A DNA stretch of 32,000 bases from Promethearchaeum syntrophicum (GTDB taxonomy: Archaea; Asgardarchaeota; Lokiarchaeia; Sigyniarchaeales; Promethearchaeaceae), in contig NZ_CP042905.2 of the NCBI RefSeq assembly GCF_008000775.2, positions 2,520,001 to 2,552,000 on the forward strand. Direction: 5' to 3'. Both the position numbers and the translations under genes were made by a program. The notes under the pieces are model-generated. The model made no database searches, had not been told where the DNA came from, and saw only the letters and a list, made by a program, of their open reading frames with translations. Positions 25,790 through 32,000 of this stretch are shown piece by piece. Every line of letters begins with the position of its first letter. Position 1 is the first letter of the stretch.

Positions 25790-27376
25790 TTATTTCTTCA
25801 AATTTTTGAAATAAAACCAATGTAAACTCTCAAGATTAGATTCTTCAAATTCTGAAAATTCACCTGAAAACACAAGTTCATTGTTTATCGCTAACTTATT
25901 GGCTTTTTGGATATATTTTTCATAATCCATTGCTCTATCTCTCTTTTCTTGTGCTATATCGTGGTTTTCTAAATCCGAATTAAAAATTTCAAGCAATGAG
26001 AGATCCCCAATCAGATCATGGTCTTCTTCTTTCTCATATTTTATATGAGTCCATTCGCCAGTAACTAAATTAAATTCGTAAGAAGATATTAAAAGATATC
26101 CATATTTCGCAATAAAATCTATTGCATTACAAATATAATCGATATCAATCTCCGAAAGAATATAGTGGAGATTGAAATACACCCAGCCGGGATTTATGCC
26201 TCTATATCCCTGTTTAAGTTCGAATTCGAGTAAAGTAAGATCTATTTTATCGGGGACTGTTATATCTTGCTCATAAAAATCGCCATATTGCTTTATACTT
26301 GCTTGTATTCCAAATAAATCGTTAAGCAATTTCGCAATAAAACCTTGATGTAGATATTTTTCCTTATACTTAATCATAATCGAAAAAAAAGGTATTTTAC
26401 TACCCTTGATTTCATTTTTCAATATTAAAATTCGATCATTTTTAGATAGACGATTGTATGCTTTTTTAAAATACAATTCTTCAGTTTTTACAATTTCATC
26501 GTACAAAGTAGTTTGAGTTGAGATTGCTAGTGCAGCTTTTAATATTGGAAATATTGAATTGGGAGTTAATTTTGTGTTTTTTGGTGAATTTGACCTTGAA
26601 ATTATGACATCTGGTTTAATCACCAACATTCCTGTTGAATTTAAACCTCCAATAAAATTAGAGCCGTTCACGAAAAGGGCATCAACAGATTCTTCTATTT
26701 GAACATAGGGTGCGAAAGAACTATAATCTATATATGAAAACGCATCATATTTATGCAAAATATTTGTTAAACTTAGAATTGAATATTTCTTTCCACTGAT
26801 TTCTGATCCCGCACTGAAAATCCCGACTTTTAATTTTCCTTTATATTTTTTACTTGATAATTTGGCTTCCAAATCTTTAAGGTCAATATCTCCATTCGGT
26901 ATTAATTTAATTTCAACAATTTCAGCGAAGCTATTATCCCAAATGTCTTTATACATCTGTTTTTCAAAAGGGCCAATAAAAAATGTTGGTTTCTCAGAAT
27001 AGAGTTGATTTTGTTCAGGAGAATTCCGAATCCCAATAATTTCTTGGAATTTTTGAATAGAATCGCTAAGATTAATTCCTGTCGGAACAATTAAACAATC
27101 ATCATCAGCATTAAATACTGATTTAATTATATATTCAGCTTGTTGTAGCAATTTTAATAGAATTTTTTCAGTTATATTTCCAGAATTCATAGATATTGCA
27201 TGAATCTTCTGAATTCGTTGTAAGTAACTTTCAATAAAACGCAAACCACTTCCAGAAGAACTATAATCTGTATAAATTAAGGTACGTTTACCAAAAGGAG
27301 TTTCAAATGTTAAATTTCTACCTATAATTTGATTTCGAATAAAATCAAGATTAATTTTTTCCTTCACACTAATCAC
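25790..27376 (-). CDS. Class-V aminotransferase-fold (cysteine-desulfurase-like) protein, probably catalytically degenerate
   Basis: 528-aa ORF (GTG start). 'IIGRNLTFETPFGKRTLIYTDYSSSG', 'FIGPFE', 'KVGIFSAGSEISG', 'LLNDLFGIQA' and 'GINPGWVYFNLHYILSE' match a long class-V family. The expected 'SxHKFxGGP' reads 'NGSNFIGGL'. Confidence 0.7.
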   Translation of the reverse strand: MISVKEKINLDFIRNQIIGRNLTFETPFGKRTLIYTDYSSSGSGLRFIESYLQRIQKIHAISMNSGNITEKILLKLLQQAEYIIKSVFNADDDCLIVPTGINLSDSIQKFQEIIGIRNSPEQNQLYSEKPTFFIGPFEKQMYKDIWDNSFAEIVEIKLIPNGDIDLKDLEAKLSSKKYKGKLKVGIFSAGSEISGKKYSILSLTNILHKYDAFSYIDYSSFAPYVQIEESVDALFVNGSNFIGGLNSTGMLVIKPDVIISRSNSPKNTKLTPNSIFPILKAALAISTQTTLYDEIVKTEELYFKKAYNRLSKNDRILILKNEIKGSKIPFFSIMIKYKEKYLHQGFIAKLLNDLFGIQASIKQYGDFYEQDITVPDKIDLTLLEFELKQGYRGINPGWVYFNLHYILSEIDIDYICNAIDFIAKYGYLLISSYEFNLVTGEWTHIKYEKEEDHDLIGDLSLLEIFNSDLENHDIAQEKRDRAMDYEKYIQKANKLAINNELVFSGEFSEFEESNLESLHWFYFKNLKK

Positions 27377-27444
27377 AAATATATTTTTAACTAGGCTTTT
27401 AGAACTTTAAAACATTCATCAAGTTTATAATTGTAAAAAAAAAT

Positions 27445-29250
27445 CTATTTAGTGGTTTTTATTTTGTCAATGAATTCATAAGATTGATGCATGAAGTAAG
27501 TTTGATAAAGTTTAGCATAATAGCCATTTTTCTCCATTAGATTATCATGGTTACCTTCTTCAACTATTTGTCCATGATCTAAAACGATAATTCGATCAAC
27601 ATGACGTACTGTTCTCAATCTATGGGCAATGATTATAGAGGTTCTTCCTTCCATAAGTTTTTCAGTGGCTTCCACAATCTTTGTTTCGGTAAATGGATCC
27701 ACTGAAGCAGTTGCTTCATCTAAAATTAATATAGATGGATTTTGTAGAAGTACCCGAGCGAAAACAACAAGTTGTCGTTGACCCATAGATAATAATTTCC
27801 CACGCTCACGTATATCTGTTTCAATACCTTTAGGAAGAGCATCAATCCAATCTTTCCCACCGGCTTGATCTAAAGCCCATAATATCTCTTCTCTGGTTTT
27901 ATTTTCTGATCCATACCGAACATTATTTTCCAAAGTGTCAGCCCAAAGAAAAGCGGTTTGGGGAATAAATCCCACCTTTTTTCTATATGATTCAAGATTG
28001 ACTTTTCGGATATTATTATCATCAACAATAATATCACCTGATTGAAAATTATAAAATCTCAGTAGTAAACGAGCAAGGCTTGATTTCCCTGCCCCCGTAT
28101 GTCCTACAATTGCAACAGATTCACCTGGATTAATGTCCAGATTAAAATTTTTAAATATTGGTTTCTCGGACTGATAATAGAAATTTAAATCCTTAATTTG
28201 AATTTTTCCTTTTAGTTTCTCGATTTTAATATCATTCTCTTGAACAACCAATGGAGTGCTGTCAATTAAAGTAAAACTTCGTTCTACTGCAGCCATTCCG
28301 GTTTGAAATTGTGGCCAAAATGAAGCTATACTAAAAAAGGGAAAGAATAGAGAGGCCAAGCTTGTTGTGAATAATACAATATCTGCACCTGAATTTGTTC
28401 CCCCTAAAATGAAAGTTCCACCAAAATAGGTAACAAGAGTTAGAGTAATTCCTTGTATCATATTTAAACCTGGAAACATGAGATTCAAGTAGTAGGCTCG
28501 ATTGCGATTAATTATATAAGATTGCTTATTTACTTTCTTAAATTTACTATATAGCTTATCTTCTTGTCGAAAAGTTTTTGCAATTTGAATTCCAGCCATC
28601 GTTTCTTGTACAAAAGCGTTAACAGTTGCTAAGATACGTTGCCCTTGTAAAGCTTTTTTTCTAGCGATCTTACGAAATGAAAGTGTGAATACAAATATTA
28701 CAGGTATCATCAATGAAAAAATTCCGGATAGTTTAAGATTGATAGATAATAAGGGAATAAATATTACTATTATCGCAAAAAGCGATGCTGCGGCTTGCAT
28801 GAAAATATTACTCATCTCACCAAAAGATTGTGTGTCGGAATTTATCCTGCTAACTATTTTCCCAGTTGGATACTTATCAAAAAATGACATATCCTGCATT
28901 AAAACATTTTGATTAACATCCTCTCTTAAATCATATACAACTTTGTTGACAACTCGCGCTGTATAAATCTGATTGATAAAATTAAATATATATCCAAGAA
29001 AATTTAGCAGAAAAATCGATAAAATAACCAATATCAATGTAGAAAGATTACTTTCTAATTCTAATAAACTTATAACTCTACTTGTTAAGAAAGGAATTGA
29101 TCCGCTAACCATAGAAGAAAGTGCTGTTATAATAATAACTATCATCATGGATTTTTTATATTTCCCAAAATACTTTGAAATTCGCGTTAATAAGTCCTTA
29201 TCAGAATAATTACGATCATATTCTTCAGCATCTAACCCAAAATAAACCAT
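27445..29250 (-). CDS. ABC exporter subunit (TMD-NBD half transporter), consensus catalytic Glu, non-canonical signature
   Basis: Six-TM exporter domain. Walker A 'GHTGAGKSS', Q-loop 'IPQTAFLW', signature 'LSMGQRQL', Walker B 'ILILDEATASVD' and H-loop 'IIIAHRL'. Confidence 0.92.
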   Translation of the reverse strand: MVYFGLDAEEYDRNYSDKDLLTRISKYFGKYKKSMMIVIIITALSSMVSGSIPFLTSRVISLLELESNLSTLILVILSIFLLNFLGYIFNFINQIYTARVVNKVVYDLREDVNQNVLMQDMSFFDKYPTGKIVSRINSDTQSFGEMSNIFMQAAASLFAIIVIFIPLLSINLKLSGIFSLMIPVIFVFTLSFRKIARKKALQGQRILATVNAFVQETMAGIQIAKTFRQEDKLYSKFKKVNKQSYIINRNRAYYLNLMFPGLNMIQGITLTLVTYFGGTFILGGTNSGADIVLFTTSLASLFFPFFSIASFWPQFQTGMAAVERSFTLIDSTPLVVQENDIKIEKLKGKIQIKDLNFYYQSEKPIFKNFNLDINPGESVAIVGHTGAGKSSLARLLLRFYNFQSGDIIVDDNNIRKVNLESYRKKVGFIPQTAFLWADTLENNVRYGSENKTREEILWALDQAGGKDWIDALPKGIETDIRERGKLLSMGQRQLVVFARVLLQNPSILILDEATASVDPFTETKIVEATEKLMEGRTSIIIAHRLRTVRHVDRIIVLDHGQIVEEGNHDNLMEKNGYYAKLYQTYFMHQSYEFIDKIKTTK

Positions 29251-31086
29251 CTAATTTTTCTCTCCTTCTTTGCTAATTTGCAAGAGTTCTTCCAATGTTT
29301 TATCAAATCGAGTGAGAAAAATTTTTCTATATTCTTCACAATCTCTAAGTAAATCATAATGAGTCCCCTTGGCTATGATATGACCTTGTTTTAGAACTAA
29401 AATAAGATCAGCCCATCGAATCTGGCTCAATCTATGAGTTATTAAAAATGTCGTTCGTCCTTCCAACACGCGAGAGATTGCCCGTTGAATAAGTTCTTCA
29501 GTAGCAGAATCTATTGCTGAAGTAGAATCATCTAGAATTAAAATCTTTGGATCCGACAGAAAAGCTCTAGCTATTGCCAACCTTTGCCTTTCCCCACCAC
29601 TTAATTGAACACCTCGTTCTCCGATCTCAGAATCAAATTGTTTTGGGAGATCCATAATAAAATTATAAGCTTGAGCATCTTTTGCTGCTTTAATAATTTG
29701 TTCTTTTGAGCCCACTTGCCCAAAAGCTATATTCTCTGAAATAGAATTTGAGAACAAAAATAAATCTTGTTCAATGTAAGAGATCTGATTTCTTAAAGAT
29801 TCTAAAGAATAATTGGTTATATTTAAATTATCAACCAATATATTACCATTGGAAACATTATATAACCGTGAAATCAGCTTGGTTAAAGTAGTTTTACCTG
29901 ATCCAGTTGTTCCGACAATAGCAACAGTTTGTCCGGGTAAGACTTCAAACGATATGTTTTTTAATACTTCAGATTTTGTTCCTGGGTAACTGAAAGAAAC
30001 ATTTTCAAATTTGATATGTCCTTTAATTTTTTTCGCTATAGGTTCGGGATTCTCTCTAATTTCAGAATGGGCATTCATTATTTCAAGTAATCTTCTAGCA
30101 CCAGCAATTGATCTTTGTACAATCCTAAACGACCATATTGAAATGAAGGTGGGAAATCTTAAAATCATAAGAAGCCCTATATACCCAATAATATCCCCAA
30201 TACTAACTAAACCTTCACGATAAAGTAGAGTTCCATGTAATAAACCAAATGTGATAGTAAGTGCGACAAATAAGATAGGAATATATTTAGCTTGAATTTC
30301 TCCTTCTTTTATTCCTAAATTTAGGTAGTCTTTTGCTTTTTTTTTATATTTCGATCCTGCTTTGTTTTCTTGAGCCATTCCTTTAATTACTTCAATTCCG
30401 GATAAGGATTCATTCAGAATTGCATTTAAATTCCCAAATTCTATTTGCGATTGGGTTGTAACAGGAGATAGTTTTTTTGTGTATCTTTTTAACGAAATTG
30501 CAAAAACAATTGAAAATAAAATGGGAGCTATTAAGAATTGGTTAGGATATTTTATTAAAATCAAAATAATCGGAGAAATGCTATTAACTAATGCCTCTAA
30601 AATTAATGTTAAGGCAGGACTAATTAAGAAATTTAATTGTCTCACATCCCATGTTGATCTTGCCATTAAATCTCCAATTTTTTGTTGATCGTGAAACGAA
30701 AGACTTTTTCCTAAGAGACTAACATAAAATTCATCCCGAGTATCTCTTTCCATTCGTTGAGCAAGGGTTTCCCGTAACAAGTTAGCGCATAAATCAACAA
30801 TTGGGACTGATGCCCCGAATAATAGAACTCTCAGTGTAAGATACACAATATCATCATTTCCATCAATGAAAGCTTGAATTGTTTCACCTACGATAGTCAT
30901 GGAAATACTATATAATACTGAAGAAATTATTACTAACGATAACCAAGTAACTATAAAAAATTTATTGCTCTTATAGAAAAGGTGTTTCAAAATCCACTGA
31001 GCTGGACCCTTCCTCCTCGCCCTTTCAAAAGGATCATGAGTTAAACCAAATTCCTTATAGTTATTTACTAAAATATCTGTGCTCAT
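29251..31086 (-). CDS. ABC exporter subunit (TMD-NBD half transporter), canonical signature, degenerate Walker-B Glu
   Basis: Walker A 'GTTGSGKTT', signature 'LSGGERQRLAIARAF', Walker B 'ILILDDSTSAID' (Asp in place of the catalytic Glu) and H-loop 'FLITHRL'. Its stop directly abuts the ATG of the downstream subunit. Confidence 0.92.
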   Translation of the reverse strand: MSTDILVNNYKEFGLTHDPFERARRKGPAQWILKHLFYKSNKFFIVTWLSLVIISSVLYSISMTIVGETIQAFIDGNDDIVYLTLRVLLFGASVPIVDLCANLLRETLAQRMERDTRDEFYVSLLGKSLSFHDQQKIGDLMARSTWDVRQLNFLISPALTLILEALVNSISPIILILIKYPNQFLIAPILFSIVFAISLKRYTKKLSPVTTQSQIEFGNLNAILNESLSGIEVIKGMAQENKAGSKYKKKAKDYLNLGIKEGEIQAKYIPILFVALTITFGLLHGTLLYREGLVSIGDIIGYIGLLMILRFPTFISIWSFRIVQRSIAGARRLLEIMNAHSEIRENPEPIAKKIKGHIKFENVSFSYPGTKSEVLKNISFEVLPGQTVAIVGTTGSGKTTLTKLISRLYNVSNGNILVDNLNITNYSLESLRNQISYIEQDLFLFSNSISENIAFGQVGSKEQIIKAAKDAQAYNFIMDLPKQFDSEIGERGVQLSGGERQRLAIARAFLSDPKILILDDSTSAIDSATEELIQRAISRVLEGRTTFLITHRLSQIRWADLILVLKQGHIIAKGTHYDLLRDCEEYRKIFLTRFDKTLEELLQISKEGEKN

Positions 31087-31176
31087 ATCTGTTTAAAATT
31101 AAATGTTCAGAATCAATTTTCAATTTTACTGTTATAAAACTTAATATCTTTAATTTAAGAATAATTAAATTAATTA

Positions 31177-32000
31177 ATGGAATTATTCCATTTTCTAAAT
31201 CTTCAATCTCAAAAACCTTTGCTGGATTATATTCAAAACATCCAGACCTTTTCTAATCATTGGATCAATCCTTCTGCAAAGTTGGATCGCGTTGTTTTTT
31301 CGAAAATTTCTGAGGCAGAACAATTTTTGGAAAGTTTCACTCAAAATGAGAACCTAATTAAAAAAATTGGACTTCCTTCAATTATTTGCTCTTTGGATTC
31401 AGCTTATGAGTTAGAACACGTTTTAGATTTACTAAATGAACAAAAAAACATAAAATGTGAAATTTTATGCACAGATTCACCTAAAATGGATGAAGATATT
31501 CAATATTTTTTGCAAGATAAACTTCCCGAATTTAAATCGAAAATATCTCCCAGGTTTTCATTAGTTCACACAAATTATGAGATAAATCTTAATACAAATC
31601 TTCAAAAAAAGAGAAAAAAAACCTCAAGAAAACCACCCCTCCATTTTCAAAAATTATTAAAAAAATTTGGAACTGATCTTTTTCCTTCAATAATTGGTAA
31701 CGAATATTATGGAAATCAAGTATTTAACTCAATTATGAGCTTAATTTTATCCCAAATTACAAATAATGGAGATTTATCAGATCTTAGTACAATTATTCCA
31801 AGTTCTCCAATGAAATTTTATGATCTCCAAAATAAAGATGAAAAAAGCTTTGAATTTAGATTCCAAAAATATCTTTCAATAAAAGAACTAAAGACTTGGC
31901 TAGAATCAATTAGGGTAGGATTTGACATGTTAAGATTATCTTATATTTATGAATCTTGGTCTACTAAACTCGATTTTAAATCTGCAGGTTCGGATAGATT
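31177..32000 (+). CDS. Hypothetical protein, 3'-truncated by window edge
   Basis: This ORF is absent from the supplied track, presumably because no stop is reached. Manual translation from ATG 31177 (MELFHFLNLQSQKPLLDYIQ...) runs stop-free for 274 codons to the end of the window. It is divergent from the ABC operon. Confidence 0.6.
   Translation, partial: MELFHFLNLQSQKPLLDYIQNIQTFSNHWINPSAKLDRVVFSKISEAEQFLESFTQNENLIKKIGLPSIICSLDSAYELEHVLDLLNEQKNIKCEILCTDSPKMDEDIQYFLQDKLPEFKSKISPRFSLVHTNYEINLNTNLQKKRKKTSRKPPLHFQKLLKKFGTDLFPSIIGNEYYGNQVFNSIMSLILSQITNNGDLSDLSTIIPSSPMKFYDLQNKDEKSFEFRFQKYLSIKELKTWLESIRVGFDMLRLSYIYESWSTKLDFKSAGSDR

Noticed and set aside
732-30688. Other nested or antisense track ORFs: 732..920, 1299..1496, 1523..1759, 2581..2838, 2936..3127, 3399..3608, 7813..8010, 9209..9403, 11100..11291, 12484..12675, 12923..13120, 12966..13175, 19242..19514, 20890..21099, 21676..21966, 26902..27090, 28685..28912, 28973..29209, 30011..30223 and 30479..30688
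   Set aside because: Each overlaps a longer ORF with recognisable family motifs or spans intergenic DNA. Their compositions are typical of antisense translation, and none has a recognisable motif or ribosome-binding site.
1-32000. A scan for CRISPR arrays, rRNA, tRNA, and IS or transposase genes
   Set aside because: I saw no regularly spaced repeats, no long GC-rich structured blocks, no cloverleaf-compatible segment and no transposase-like ORF. The only GC-rich patch (19425-19490) is reported separately at low confidence.

Overview
The window is AT-rich (roughly 30% GC by eye), gene-dense, and most likely archaeal. It encodes a CDP-archaeol synthase (CarS), a XerA-type tyrosine recombinase and an Isf-type iron-sulfur flavoprotein. 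Operon-internal genes have Shine-Dalgarno sites and first genes appear to lack them. The K/N/I-rich proteins, TPR proteins and roadblock-like domains are compatible with an Asgard/Lokiarchaeia-like genome, but that cannot be proven from the sequence. I support about 30 protein genes. These include cysK, a split Ada/Ogt alkylation-repair pair, two tandem MscS channels and a large TPR protein. There is also a thiol-redox cluster (YkgJ-like, CoADR/Nox-family, OsmC), xerA, a dGTPase-like HD hydrolase and an FkbM methyltransferase next to a beta-class DNA methyltransferase. The rest are carS, a degenerate class-V aminotransferase-fold protein and a heterodimeric ABC exporter. I saw no rRNA, convincing tRNA or CRISPR array. 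The main finding is that the last 45 nt of carS (22258-22302) recur at 25126-25170 with 40/45 identity. All five differences fall on third codon positions. The repeats bracket a ~2.8 kb insert with no integrase. The insert carries only a translationally coupled pair: an OLD/ABC-type ATPase with a DUF3696-like C-terminus and a protein with a PD-(D/E)xK-like nuclease motif. I read this as a mini integrative cassette delivering a candidate, apparently undescribed two-gene immune module into the 3' end of a housekeeping lipid-synthesis gene. All family assignments come from motif recognition by eye; no searches were run.
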